Positions 13,767 to 27,739 of a DNA stretch of 64,000 nucleotides are shown here, piece after piece (positions within the stretch are counted from its first letter, which is position 1; the number at the start of each line of letters is the position of its first letter). Source of the stretch: Octopus vulgaris (lineage: Eukaryota); NCBI GenBank assembly GCA_951406725.2, contig OX597815.1:100564001-100628000 (forward strand), read 5' to 3'. The notes below the pieces were generated by a model that was given only the letters and a program-made list of their open reading frames with translations, had not been told where the DNA came from and made no database searches. Made by a program: the position numbers and the translations under genes.

Positions 13767-13855
13767 ATCAGCTTGTACAAATATTTTGTACATTTCTGGA
13801 AGGATAACTGGAGCCACTTTAATCATTTGAACATCTGTCACATCTTGAGTGAACT
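13767..13855 (-). CDS. IPO9: Importin-9 exon 4 ([30 protein letters not shown])
   Basis: TTTTCAG| acceptor, GAT|GTAAGT donor; 89 nt; conserved [13 protein letters not shown]. Confidence 0.95.
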
Positions 13856-14659
13856 CTGAAAATATCAGCAAATGTTTTTGAAGTAACCTGCTTAACACTT
13901 AGATTTGCTTCCAATTCAGCTTATGTATGTATGTTTGTATACACACACACAGATAACAGATGAATTGTGGTTCACGACAGCTGTTTCAAGCATGTTTTTT
14001 TTATTGATGAACAAAAGTATTACATTAGGCAAAAAAAAAAAAATAACCTTTGCACCAGGTGAATACATGTAAGAATTAAACATTTTGAACATCTCAAGAA
14101 CAAGTACAAAGTGTCATTTGACTACCAACCTAAATTTGGTTGGAGAGTGAATATACAATGTTACCATCAAGTTTATGAAGAGGAACTTGTGACCTGGATC
14201 AGGGAAGAGAGTGAATAGGGAAATACAACAGAGGGAGAAATACTGAAGAAAGGAAAAGTCTATGATTATATTTGACCTCATAAAAAGTTATAAATTAAGA
14301 TAAAGTCATTTTTAGTTAGGACAGGGTCCTCAGACACAAACGCAAAAAAAAAAATGGAAAGGTAAGAGGAACCAGATCACTACATACATTTGTGTACATA
14401 GATACCCACACAGCTGTATAAATTGATAAATCTATTCAATATAGGTTATGAAACCAATATAGATATTGCTTACTTAGAACCCACTAATTTACAACCTAAC
14501 TGCAATAATAGGAAATATAAGATAAAGTATGGTTGTCTGGTAAAGTTCGATTTCCAGCCATATGGTTCTGGATTCAATTGCATTGGATGGCACTTTCTTC
14601 AAGTGTCTTGGAGTTTGACTAGTGCTTTGTGAGAGCAATGTGATAATGTAATCGACCAG

Positions 14660-14942
14660 TCCATCAGATGTAGTTACACATCGCTGGTCACAATGCGTTC
14701 GCATTGTTTTAGCCTTCGAATGACGCCACCCCACTGGCTAAGCGAGCAGGCCAACAGAAGAAAGAGTGGGAGAAAGAGTGGTGAAAGAGTACAGCAGGGA
14801 TCACCACCCTCTGCTGGAGCCTCATGGAGCTTTTAGGTGTTTTTGCTCAATAAACACTCACAACGCCCAGTCTGGGAATCAAAACTGCGATCCTACGACC
14901 ACGAGTCTGCTGCCCTAACCACTGGGCCATTGCGCCTCCACG
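14660..14942 (-). mobile_element. tRNA-derived SINE family B; second copy at about 33180-33485 (-)
   Basis: Head GGAGGCGCAATGGCCCAGTGGTTAGGGCAGCAGACT with a B-box-like motif, shared with the 33.2-33.5 kb copy. Confidence 0.7.
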
Positions 14943-15612
14943 TGAGAGCAATGTAGTAGACAGAAACTGTGTGGAAGCCCAACATTAAATTATATATATA
15001 TTTAACAGGTCTTCCATATAGGCTTGAGTTGGTTGGTTTGACTGGATACAAGCCAAAAGACATCAAATTCCAATATCTGCTTTGGCATGGCTTCTTTGGC
15101 TGGATGCCCTTCATAACACCAACCACTTTATAGTATGTACTGGGTGCATTTTTTTATAATACTGGCACTAGTAAGGTCACAAGTAACTTACAAGATAAAA
15201 AAAAAGCAACAGCTCCCTCAGTTGAGTGGGATTGTTGTAGAAGGGAAGGTGGCACTACACCAGGTGTTACATACACACACAGGTAAAAAAAAAATCTAAT
15301 AAACCAGTGCATTTGAACAAAAATACCTTGTAGTAATATTTCTGCATAAATTGCACAGATATATCATTGTGACTTTTGCAATTGTAAAATTAATGAAACA
15401 GTGATTGGCTCATTAGAACTCAGTAACCAACAATATTTATTTACAAAATGAAAAATAGAGAAAAGTTGGACAAGATATACAAAACTGAAACAGACATATA
15501 ACAAAGCTGGGTAATGAAATGTAAAAATTCAGAAACCCATGAAAACAAGGAAGGGAGAAAATGATTAAATCAGTAATATATATATTCCTTTGTTTAATGC
15601 CCATTTTCCAAA

Positions 15613-17296
15613 CAGTATTTCCCAATTGAATTTGTCCCTTTATATTAAAGTCTGATTTGTTTAAACATTTTTAACATGCCAAACAAGACATACAAGTACG
15701 TATCTGAGCAGAAACAGCAAAAATTTGAAATGGTTGTCCTGTTCCCTTGATACTAACTACAGCACAGTCAAGACAATTGCGCAGAAAGCTTATTCTCCAA
15801 AGAAAAAAAAAACATGGGCAACGATGGTGAAAAATCAAGGAAAATCAACAATTTTTATAAGAATCGATTAATGAGGACCCAACTTTAACTTTGAAAAGAA
15901 GAGAATTTTTACAAGAGAAATTCGATTTGACTGTTTCATTATCAACTACTGATCACCATTTTCACGGCTTTGGATACACTCTGAAAAAAACTAATAATTC
16001 ACCCTCAAGAATGAAATCATGAAAACACAAAAAAGGAGTGAGGTCATTATGCAAAATTGCTTTAAGATAATGGATTGGCCATTCGTCATCTATATATTGA
16101 AACAAATTACAATATTTGGATTTCAAGGTAAATGATTATTATATTTGCTAAATACTTTTATATAAAACTAGCAGTATCGCCCGGCGTTGCTCGGGTTTGT
16201 AAGGGAAATAACTATAAAGCATTTTTAGAGAGTTATAGCCAAAAAATGGAAAAAAAATTATGGTAAATTTTTTTAGTTAAAAAGGTCGAGTTGCGTCCCC
16301 TAGACAGTCTGTGGTTTGTGTTTCTGATTCTCGACCCCATGTCGAATTTATCGATTTTTTTCAGAACTGGGGGAACTTTTCAAAATTTTCGCTGCGTTAG
16401 TTTTGAATTATGACATTGGGCTATGTGTGTGTTAAGTTTCATCAGAATCGGTTGAAAGCCGTGGTCATGGTGAGGGTACAACCTAACAGACACACAGAAA
16501 CACACACAGACAAACTGCCGTTTATATATAGAGAGATTTTTGTTTATGAAATATTTTTACAATCTATTTTATTTTGAAGGTCAATGGGCAGAGCTTACCA
16601 TGGAGTTCAGGCAATTACCGATCGCCCTTCTACTAAAGGAGCAAATTTAAACATTGCTGCAATGGATATGTAAGGTCTTGTCTAATTTGAAACATTTAAG
16701 AAGATTGCAACTTCTGAACTTTACAGCTTTTTACATCAATGTTCGCTAAAGATCGCTGTGACTACATCAGATCCTGTCATTTATTATGGACAATGCGTGC
16801 ATGCATAAAAGCGTCAATGAAATTGATTTTGTGCCACAACATATGATTAAATATCTATTTTCTTATTCTCCATTGTTTAATTCCAAAGAGGAAATGTTCA
16901 GTAAATTGAAATCTTTCGTGAAGCAGTATCTACAGTCATAAAAATGATCTCTACAACAGAACAGAAAATTTGCCCATGACAATTCATAGAACGAATATTT
17001 TAAAAACAGCAATGTACTTTGTAATGGATTCAATATCTGCTGTAAATTGTGCAAGATATGATCGACAAACATTTTTCATCCCACAAGCATTGAATATGAA
17101 GGATTTGTGAAACATTTAAGATTACAAGAGTTTTAAAATAAATTTAAATCATTTTAGTTTTTAGTATATTTTCACTATTCTCGTGCTAAGATACTATTTT
17201 GTATGTTTGTTTAAACTTACAGCAGCCTAATTTTTCAATATTTAAAACCTAAATTGGCCTTGATATCAAAGGGACAAATTCATTTGGGAAATACTG
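15613..17296 (+). mobile_element. Decayed IS630/Tc1-type DDE transposon (ISRm11-like) with TIRs, interrupted by a Helitron-like element
   Basis: TIRs CAGTATTTCCCAA.TGAATTTGTCCCTTT at both ends; remnants FIMDNACMHK (about 16780) and YLFSYSPLFNSKEEMFSKLKSFVK (about 16850). Confidence 0.75.
16168..16536 (-). mobile_element. Non-autonomous Helitron-like element
   Basis: 5' TCTCTCTATATATAAA; 3' hairpin CCCGAGCAACGCCGGG then GATACTGCTAG; A^T insertion site; same 3' end as 37027-37772. Confidence 0.75.
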
Positions 17297-18130
17297 TTGA
17301 AAAGAGGCATATTTGAAGCATGATTTAATAGCCGAATGCTTGTCATCAACTTTTTTTTATTTTGCAGGTCTTTGAAAGTGCAGCTTTGGTTGATGGGTTT
17401 CACAGTATCTTGCCACTCATTGTGGTTCTTCCATATTAGGCATCATGGTAACAGAAAACTGGCCACCTTGTGTATGTCGTGTCTGCAACTTACATTTGGT
17501 TAGCAATCTACAGCCACTGACAATAATGGTTGTCAATTTTACACAGAGTGATTATTAATAAACACCAGGGATCACAGCAGCAGTCTTTAAGATTAGCAAT
17601 GGAATGAAGCCTCAGTTTCACATCACATCTATATATCTACACAAACACGTGTGCCTGGGTGTGCAGAGACGAAACAGGCTCAATACATGAAATACATCAT
17701 TTGAAAATGAGCACTACTGCTAATCCCAGTTCCTTGCTTTTAGGCATCCATAAAGATGACAAGATCCTAAGTTACATTTTATGTGTTACATCACATTAAA
17801 TATTGGCTGTTAAAGTTTAAAATGTTTTATGATCACAATGAATTTATGCATGCATGTGCATGGTTAACAATTTCAGTTCACAACTACAGTGTCTGGAGTT
17901 CAATCCAATTGCATGGCATCCTGGGCAAATGTCTTTTTATAGCTTTGGGTCAACCCATACCTTGTGAATGAACTTGGGCAAATGGAAATTGTATAGAAGC
18001 TGATTCTGCCTGAGAATTATGTTAAAAGATACTCGTGTCATTTTACAAGAAGAATGTTTTGATTTTCTCCCAAGCATGGAAAGTCTATATAAATAAAAAA
18101 AGAGGAAAGCAAATGAATGGTTATTTTTAC

Positions 18131-18332
18131 CTGTCAGAACACGCATGGCACCATGAAGGGCATTGGGATCACCACATGTAAGAGCTTCCATTAAAAGACT
18201 GAACAGTTCTGGCCAGGTCTCAGGCCAGTCCCAGTGGGTGATGGCAGACACTGCATAGGCAACACTGGTTCGAACTTTACTAATGGATTCTTTCAATCCG
18301 GCAGGTAGGATCTCTCTAATGGCAGCCTTTGC
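18131..18332 (-). CDS. IPO9: Importin-9 exon 3 ([10 protein letters not shown]...[20 protein letters not shown]...HGAMRVLT)
   Basis: TTTTGCAG| acceptor, G|GTAAAA donor; 202 nt; hallmark HWDWPE.WP.LF. Confidence 0.96.
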
Positions 18333-20449
18333 CTGCAAAATAAAGGAACATGTCAAATATAAATGATACTACATTTGTACATTACTATGTATTACCCCAG
18401 AGCAAATGGAAGGCTCAACCGTATTCAGATATATTCAGACATTAAAAATATAACACATGTCAGTCAATGTACAACAGGAGTAAAAAAAAATAACAACGAT
18501 CAAAACAGAGAGGTATACACCTTGAACCTTTAGCTCATTGATTACACTGTCAAATGTAATGCTTATTTGTTCACATCATTTTGAAATAATTATGCATTAT
18601 CTCATAGCTTTATGATTTGAATGATGTGATTATTTTAAGGATGACATTGTAAGGTAGGTATTAGAGGTTGGAATTGGCTGGCCAATGTAAACAAAACATT
18701 ATATGAGCATGAGATGGCTGCTTTGAATGCTAACACATCTTTTCTTATGCCAAGTATCAACATTAAATATAGATGCATGATGTGAAATATACAGTGGACC
18801 TCTTTTTTCAATTATGGTATTGGCTGGTCACTAAATTTACTACTGCCGATGTACAGGCTTTTCCAGATATTTGCAAGATCAACTGAAGTAATAATACAAT
18901 AGAGATCAGATGAAAATTTGGGATGATTATCAGTGCTTTATTTTGCCGTGCTGCAGTAAATGATAACATTCACTAAGTTAACAAGGGAGCCTGTTCAGGA
19001 ATTAGGAGCAGATGCACTGGTAAACCATCTTTTTTTAAAATCAACATTTCAAGAAGAGGAAAAAATTACTTATATCTGAAGCAAGAACCACAAAGATGAT
19101 CTGTGTATATAACAGAGAGGTACACCTAACTTATCATCCATGATCAGGAACATGGAAAAATTTGAACTTATACCATAGTTTATATTTCAGGGTCTATTCC
19201 AGGAGAAATAAGATTAGATAATCCAATCTAATCGTTTGGTATGGAAATTTCTTCTCACTTTATTGTGTACTGCAGTACAAACCTACCATCAGAAGTCTTA
19301 TCTATTTACTGAGTAAATTTATCACATTTAGAAAATTATCTGGTTTCAAACTTTACTAAGATCACAGACACGCACTGACTTCAATATGTACATTCTTTCT
19401 CCATATCTTACACATCTTAATAACCTATATTTGGACATCTCAATGAAGACAAGCGCTACCTCCAACATGCTTTGACAAGGAATATGGATTGTAATAACAA
19501 AGAAGCTCATCTTTAAATATTTTTCAAAAGAGATTTAACACAAACTAAATTTTAGAGTAATGCTCAACATGAAATATAATTTGCTTGGTTATAAGAGATA
19601 TAAAGACAATGAAATTAAGGTGATAAGCCATCAACCTTATTTTCATCAGTTCAAATCTTACCACAGGTATTCAAATTTCCAAAGATGATTAAACCTGTCT
19701 CCCTTGTTCAAAATACAGAACAGATTTGTATTAGTTGACGGTTAGCAGCTTGGACAGCAAAGCAGCTACAAAAGAACAACTGGTCTGAGAATTCATAGCA
19801 TCCAGCTAATATATCAGAAGTGCATATATTCCTTCTGACCCTTTTGTGTACATATTTTTAATGGTATAAAACAGATTTTAGGTAATTAACCTTTTGTCAA
19901 CATCATTCTAACAGCTATCATTCCATGCTTCCATAGGTTAGATAGAATTTGGTGATGCAAATTTTCTATGACTGGATGCCCTTCCTGTCACCAATCCTCA
20001 CCTATTTCAATGTAAGAATTTTCTTCATGGCCAGATATTTTCAAGGAAGCTTGTGAGCAAATGACCCTGCTTCTATGAGGACAACCTCATTTACATCTAT
20101 GAAGCAATGTTCACACACGCAGGTCTTTTTTCAGTTTTTTGTCTGCTTTGGTAGGCCAGAGGCTAGAGAAGGTGACACTTGCCCAAGGTGCCACAGAGGA
20201 CTCAACACAAAACCACATGATTAGGAACTGAACCTCTAGATTATACAGCTATGCTTGCACATATTTTGATTATGAAATGGCAGCAAAATGCATATGCATG
20301 CATAGGCTTGGATGAGAAATTTTCATTTACATATGAACAATTTAAACTATGAAACCAACTGTTTTGTAATATAAGACCAAAGATGGCTTGATATAAAAAA
20401 AAGTTTAACTTTTATTCTTATCGACAGAAAATAGATAATTAGAAATTAC

Positions 20450-20598
20450 CTTCTCAGAGGTTTCTGGGGCATGGAATTTACTGGACTGACTTGACCAATG
20501 AGCTTCCACATACTGCTTCAGTAAGACAGAGGCCAATTGCCGGATAGCTAAAGCTCCATTTGGATCCACAGTCAACTCAGCCAGATAGACTCCAAACT
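20450..20598 (-). CDS. IPO9: Importin-9 exon 2 ([35 protein letters not shown]..., IBN_N domain)
   Basis: TTTTCAG| acceptor, AAG|GTAATT donor; 149 nt keeps frame; IBN_N motif [14 protein letters not shown]. Confidence 0.95.
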
Positions 20599-23500
20599 CT
20601 GAAAACAAAACCAAAAAAAAAAAAAAAGAATACTAATAAAGAATAATTCAATGGTGATAAGATTTTCTCATAGCCTGTGTATCCAGAGCTATACTATCAA
20701 CAACCTCATTTATTCTGAGGATGAAAGCTTGTTCATTTATTGTAGCTAAATCTCCTTCAATCACACTTGAAAAAAAAAAAGGGGATAATGTAGTCACACA
20801 TACATTATATCAGAAGGTTGCAGTCATAGGTTTGCCCTCGAGTTAAAAACAACTAGCTCACAATGCTGTGTGCCATACAACAACTTCTTGACCGACACAA
20901 TAGCAGCCAATTCTCTTTCAAATGGTAAGGACAATATTAAATTATGTAATCCTAAATATATTGTCAGAAAAAAGGTATGAGGGGTACAGCTGGGGCATCT
21001 GACTATCTGCTGGTTTGGTTAAACAAGTGTAACTAGTTATTCATTTATGTTTGACTGGTATTTAAGTTGTGCTGAGTGAGCATAACATTGTATATCTCAG
21101 GCTTCAGAATACATAGTAATAACTAATTACGAACCACATACCATGTCAGTTTTAGCACCCAGTGTTGATGGAATAGCTATATGATCTCAATGACCACCCT
21201 GTCTTTTTTAGAGGTATGTTTTCAAAATGGAACAAATGATCTCAAAATGCTGAGCCTTATGATGGTGATGACAGGACCAACATATGTGGAGCATTGCTGT
21301 ACTCAAGAAGACCTGCCCACCATAACAGAATTGAGAGCTTAAAACCATGGTGCCATGTAAAAAGCATTGGTGTATAAGCTGGTGCCACATAAAAAGCACC
21401 CAGTACACTGTAAAAGGTTGGCATTAGGAGGAGTATCCAGCTGTAGAAACCACACCAAAACTAACTATGGAACCTGGTGCAGCCCCCGACCTTGCCAGTT
21501 TCAGTCAAGTCATCCAAGCCATGCCAGCATGGAAAACAGACATTAAACAGGACTTTTTCTTAAGATGATAGAGTGCAATTTCAGGAAAATCTGGCTGCTG
21601 ATTACTGCAGTTTGGGCACCTCCACAAAGGCTCTATCATTGGCTCACGTACAGACGTCTGCGTTTGATATATATATTTGATTTGTGAGAAAGCCATCGCA
21701 AAAACGAATAAATTTATATATGTACTGCATTTATATATAAGTAAATACAGAGTAAAATAAAATTACAGTTATTTTAAGCAAAATGTAAGATGGTATAAAA
21801 AGACAAACTGTTATAGATGCTTTTGGTTATTTATTGATTCAGGTAGTTATTTCGAATGACAAATTGTACAACAGTCATTCTGCAACAGATTTTGAATTTT
21901 TAAACGAGACATATTTCGAGACAACAGAAGAACAGATAATTAAAATAGTGAAACACAGTGCTAAACTATTAAGGGATCACAACATACGAAACAAGGACAT
22001 ACATTAGGAGGGGGATGGAGTAGAGTTGATAATATTGACCCCACAAATGTTTCTAATTTGGGCACAAGGCCATCAGTTTTGAAGGAAGAGGTTTAGTTGA
22101 TTTCATTGACTTCAGTGCTAGACTGGTACGATATTTTATCGACTCCAAAAGAGTGAAAGCGAAAGTTGACCTCGGTGGAATTTGAACTTAGAAGGTAAGG
22201 GGCTGCAACGCAATTTTTCTAACTGCTCAAACAAATCTGTCAATTCACTGGCCAAGTAACAACACTAACTGAACAGAGGCATTCCACCGATGACCACCCT
22301 ATCTTTTTTAGAGGTATGTCCGATATTACGTAATGTGTTTAAGAGGCGAGGTTGGGCTTCAAAGAGACTTGACTGTCATTTCTAGCAGGTCGAGCGAACA
22401 CTAAGAGACTTCAGTTTATTATGTAGTCACAAGGCCAAACATTTTGAACAGGACAGCTGATGAAATCGACCCACAGAAAAACGAATGGCAGAGTTGACTC
22501 TGAAAGGAATTGAACTCGAATCGAAAAGGGACGTAACTAAAAATCGCAAAGTATTTTTATCGATGTCTAGTAATTCTATCAATCCAAAATGATTTGACAT
22601 ATTTGGGAAGGAGAAATTTGAATAAATCGCCCCAAGTAACTGACTGATGTATATTTTATCACCCTTCCTCCCAAAGAGATGACAAATTCGAACTCGGAGC
22701 AGTAAAAGATACAAGTACTATAAAATATTCATTCAGTCTGCACTCTATCGTTTCTGCCATCCGATAACAGACGAGCCAACGAGGTAACCACTATGTAGAA
22801 CATAGAAACAACCAAATTTCCTTGCTATCAGGCTATCTTAAAGAATAAAATACATAGCACAAAGTAATCCCAAAAAGCAATATGCCTGAGATAAAAAAAA
22901 AAAAAAGCGAGACGGTCATAATTGAAATGACTTGAATAAGAGGTATACTCAATAAGGGATGACCTGGGGCTAAACAGCATCCATATCTAGACCCCCATCC
23001 CTGAATCAACATGTGCGTTACAGCTGGGGAGGCGTGGCAAAACCTACATCACATGTCAGTAAGGGAGCAGACAGTAATTAGACACATTTTAAAAAACCGC
23101 GAAAAACCAAACTAACAGAGATACCATTAAACAAATTAAGAAAATCTACTCAATTTAGCAGTATAAATGAAAAAAATTAAGAAAAACATTTTAAACGAAA
23201 AGTTTCATATTTGTCACTCAATAAGAAATTCGGAATATAAATTATGCCGGGTGACAAGAAATATTTCTTTTAATGTCTCAATATAGATTCTTCAGAGGTT
23301 TGCTTAATTATATTTTTCATTTCGGTAAGATAAGATATATTTTAAGAATCTATCTCCACCAACTTTATGAAACTTTGAACTATTAAGAAGTAACTTCAAA
23401 AGTTAGACATGAATGGAAGAGACAAAAGTATATATCTGCTAATACCGTGTTTTATGAACAATTTCACTGAATTTACGTTTCTTTTTTACCATGACATACC

Positions 23501-23910
23501 TCGTTAAAAGATATGTCTGGTTGGGGAAAAAAATTAAAACTGATGGCTGTGAAACACTTGAAAAAAAATCATATAATGTAATAAAATATATTAAAATTAT
23601 TTTTCTTTTTAGCTGATATTTTAACTAAGATCATCGTTTACTTCGTTGTTAGATAATTCAGATAACAAAAAATGTTTACAAAGACACAACGATTGTATAT
23701 GAATTTAAGGATAAACATCGTCATAATTTTCAATTATGAACACAGAACTAAATATAAAGTGTATGAAATGACAGTCAAAACTTTTCTCTAATTGAATATA
23801 ATAAGTCGAGATATAGTGAAAGAAATGCGAGATGAGTTACGTATATATTGTATCGTGTTTTGTTTAACAAAAGAAAGGGAGAGAAATAAAATAAAAAAAT
23901 TGACATGCAC

Positions 23911-24043
23911 CTTCTGTCACCTCAAGGGCTTTGATCTGTTCCTCTCCATTCACTCGAACGTCGTGTAGAGGAGACAGAATAGCAGTGAGACTGTCAATTA
24001 AAGCTTCTTTCAGGGACTTGTTACGATCACCATCACCTGCCAT
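23911..24043 (-). CDS. IPO9: Importin-9 coding exon 1 ([44 protein letters not shown])
   Basis: ATG at 24043 in context AAGATGG; N-terminus matches importin-9 (LKEAL..L..ILSP...VR...EEQIK.LEVTE); donor G|GTGCAT; 133 nt, phase 1. Confidence 0.93.
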
Positions 24044-24112
24044 CTTGGAAGCCAGCCGATGCGAAGGAAGAAATTTGGCGCGAATTTCACGCGTGGATCT
24101 TACCACTTCCGT
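24039..24112 (-). promoter_or_regulatory. IPO9 proximal promoter/5'UTR motifs: E2F-like TTTGGCGCG, ETS-like ACTTCCG, YY1-like AAGATGGC over the start codon
   Basis: Motifs seen directly within 70 bp of the ATG in a CpG-retaining region; function inferred. Confidence 0.45.
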
Positions 24113-25101
24113 CAATTTAAAACCTCAGAAATCCTACAACCGACTATCGATTAATTTTTCATTTATTTGTATTTTAATTTCTGTTATTTGATTTAAATTT
24201 GAAACTAAACCAGGAAAACAAAAAAAAACTATGCCATGTATTAGAAACACGGGAGTAACAAACACTCCACGTATTGGTAACATACAAAGGTAAACATGTG
24301 GCGTGTTTTTAGCAGAAGACAAATGTTGGCAATAGTCAGCTTAACGTTGAATACGATATGGAAATTTACTACCAACATTAAGTAGACAGTAGTTGACATA
24401 TTGACTCCATACTGATTCTAGCTGACGTAATTAATAATACAATGATATAGTAATAGCCAGAGAAAAATTTTGTTAAATATTTTGGCATTTCATAGTCAAG
24501 TACAGAGCTACAATAATTCAGTCACAAGCAGAACATGAACCTTTGCAAGTGAAACGAACAGCTAGATTTTGTAGAAGAAGTGGATATATAGTTGTTTGCA
24601 TCTAGCAGAGTTTAATACTAGTACCAACTAAATCACATCCCTTTCTTCTTTTCTTACTTTTTTTTTTTGTACGAGAAAGAAAGACATCATCACCATCATC
24701 ATCATCATCATCATCATTTAACGTCCGTTTTCCATGTTGGCATGGTTTGACTGAAAACAGGTAAGGTGAGGAGCTGCACCAGACTCCGATCTGATTTGGC
24801 ATGGTTTCTATGGCTGGATGCCCTACTTAATGCCAATCATTCCAAGAGTGTAGTGGGTGCTTTTTACATGCCACTGGCACAAGTTCCATTTACAAAAGAA
24901 AGGCATCAATCACAACTACAATCTCACTTGGCTTGACATGTCTTGAACTAAAAAAAAAAAAGGAAAAACAGGAAAATTATCACTGCCACATCTTTGACCA
25001 TAGGTTAGTCTGCTCAGACAAGACTGAGCAATAATAACAGGTACTCATTTTATTGAACCAGCTCCACTCATCCCTTAAACATAGGGTAAAGAAAGATTTA
25101 A

Positions 25102-25323
25102 CCCTTTCATTACTGTATTTATTTTGAGATGCTCTGTGTTTCTTTCCATTACTTTAAATATAACAAAGAATTTAGTAAAATAACTTAGTTATCATTCAGC
25201 TAGTGTTGGGAACATAAATTGTGACTAAGGTTTGGGGGAAGATTTTAATTCAAAACTTATGAAAACAAGACATTTGTACTACAGAGGCCAGAACCGGTTT
25301 CAGTCGGGTTGGTAACGAAGGGG
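25102..25323. mobile_element. piggyBac-type MITE
   Basis: TTAA|CCCTTTCATTAC ... GTAACGAAGGGG|TTAA: TTAA TSD and short imperfect TIR. Confidence 0.8.
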
Positions 25324-26094
25324 TTAAAAGATAAATATCATAATGCTTAGTACTGTCCTTTAGTATCTCAAACACATACACCAGAGTTATATAAAATCAT
25401 CATTATCATCATCATCATTTCAAGTTCTTTTCCCATGCTAGTAGGGCTAGGAAGATTATTACAGTCTAAGATCTTATTTGGAGTTACTGCCCTCCCAAAC
25501 AGTTTGGAGACTATATCTTGCTTAAACATGACACTTTTTGGCATAGTTTGTATGACTGGTTATCTTCCTTTCACCAACAACTTTAGCGGGTGTCCACAGT
25601 ACATTTTATCAAGGCAATAGCACTAAAGAAAACTCGTCTCTACTCTATGTTGCCATCATTCATTCACTGGCACCAGGAAGGTTATCTTGTCCCCCGGCAA
25701 GACTAAAGAGAATCCTCTCTTTGTAGCATTGCTTTTTTTAATTTGTTCCTTTCTTTCTTTCCCCGTATACTGGGTGGCAAGAGAATCAGAACCAAACAGT
25801 ACAAAAAATAATGGAAGAGAACTAGGGTAATAGGAGCAAGACAGTGATGGAATAAAGAGTAAGTTCATGAGAAAGAGAGAGAGAGAGCTACATATAAGTA
25901 AAGAGATTGAACAGAATAACTATATGCAAGAGGATGATAGGAAAGAGCATTATATGAAATCCAGAGAGATAGGAACAAGAGGGAGAGAATATTGGAAGGG
26001 AAAGAGTGAGGGAGTGATAGACAGCTTCATGATGATTTACTGTTAAGAAGATTGAGTATAAACAGCAGTAAAGAAACAAAAAAGCATTGAAGAA

Positions 26095-27035
26095 GCAATG
26101 TATACCCTGCATGCAGGTAAATTTTTTCACAAATTATATTGTGGCTTACAATGCTTTGCTTACCCATCCTTTTTAATTGAACTGAATTATTTTTTAATTT
26201 TTTTTAAGTATCACCATTATAGGTATTTATACTCCAGTGAAATTAAGAAATCAACTCGTAAATAAATGAGACCCTTGACTCCATCAGTGTACACACACAC
26301 ACACAATTGCATATTTATGCATGTATTTATGTATGTGTGTATGTATGTATGTATATACCCACACATGTCTATGTGCATAAGTACACCATGATCTATACAC
26401 ACACAGATGAGGGTTGAATCAAATGAAAAAGAAAATGAGCAAAATAATATGATCACTTGCTTATTGGGAAATTTGTAAGTTTGGTTTAAATTCTTTTCTT
26501 TTTTATTCTTAAGTATCACTATTATAGGTATTTATACTCCAGTGAAATTAAGAAATCAAGTCGTTATTAAAAGAAACCCTCAAATCCATCACTGTATACA
26601 CACTGTATACAGTGATAGATTTGAGGGTTTCTTTTAATAATACACAAGCACACACACACACACATATACACTCACACACAGTCGCATATCTATGTACGTA
26701 TTTTTGTATGTATGTACCCACACATGTCTACACACATAGTTACACCTTGATCTATACACACGCAGATGAGGGTCAATTTATATGAAAAAGAGAGTGAACA
26801 AAAATAATATGACCCCTTGCTTATTGGAAAATTTGTAAATTTGATTTTTTTATTTTTTTTAAAGATAATCAGACCAAATGTTCATCATTTTGAGCCACTC
26901 ACCCAATGAATATTTCTGTCAAATGTGGTGGAAATCCATTCAACCATTTTCCAGTAATTTTGCAAACACACAGACAAACAGACTAAGACGAGTAATTACA
27001 ATACCCTGCTTTTGCTTAAGCGCACAGGGTAACAA
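26095..27035 (+). mobile_element. Helentron/DINE-1-like (HINE) non-autonomous element with an internal tandem duplication of about 300 bp
   Basis: Units start at about 26205 and 26510; (GACA)-rich tract then 3' hairpin TACCCTGC...GCACAGGGTA. Confidence 0.5.
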
Positions 27036-27739
27036 GGGATATTTGAGTGTACTTATTAAACATCCCAGGTCTCTATGCACAACCAGTAATTGCATGTCTG
27101 AATTGGCCAACTCAGCATAATGAAGAAGAGAGGCTGAGATAGAGAGACAAGGTGATGGAAGACAGAGAGACAGAGAGTGAGGGTTAGCAATAAAGAAGAA
27201 TGATAGTAAGAGTGATTGAATACAGACAGATGTAATATGTTGCCATATATATATATATATATATATGAAGTTATCTGTTGGTTGTCCACCAGTCAGAAAA
27301 GGTACACACTAAAAGAGAGCGTATATCTATGTCAAGCAGCTTATTCCTGACTATGGCTTATAACTGGTCAGAATGTCCATAAAGTGTTTCACACATGCAC
27401 TACTGCATATGGCGGTATTAATTTCAAATTAATTCCCAAGCAATTTTATATTTCAACACTTGGCAATATTGATTTCAAATTTTGGCACAATGACAGCAAG
27501 TTCAAGGAAGAGGCTAGGTCAACTGATTTGACTCAGTGCTCAACTTATTTTATCAACCAAAAAAGGATGAAAGGCAAAGTCTGTCATTCTCTAGTTCAAA
27601 AATGAGACTGGCAATATTGCCAAAATAAATTTTCTTTCTTGCTGTCAACATCCAAATATTTCTCTTTTTGAGTTCAGGAAAGTACTCAGTTCATGTGAAT
27701 TATTTTAGAATGATTCTCCTCTCCAAGTAAAGGTTGCAA

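Noticed and set aside
24044-24115. N-terminal extension of IPO9 in the ORF track
   Set aside because: It starts at a TTG, a bacterial-style call; homology begins just after ATG 24043.
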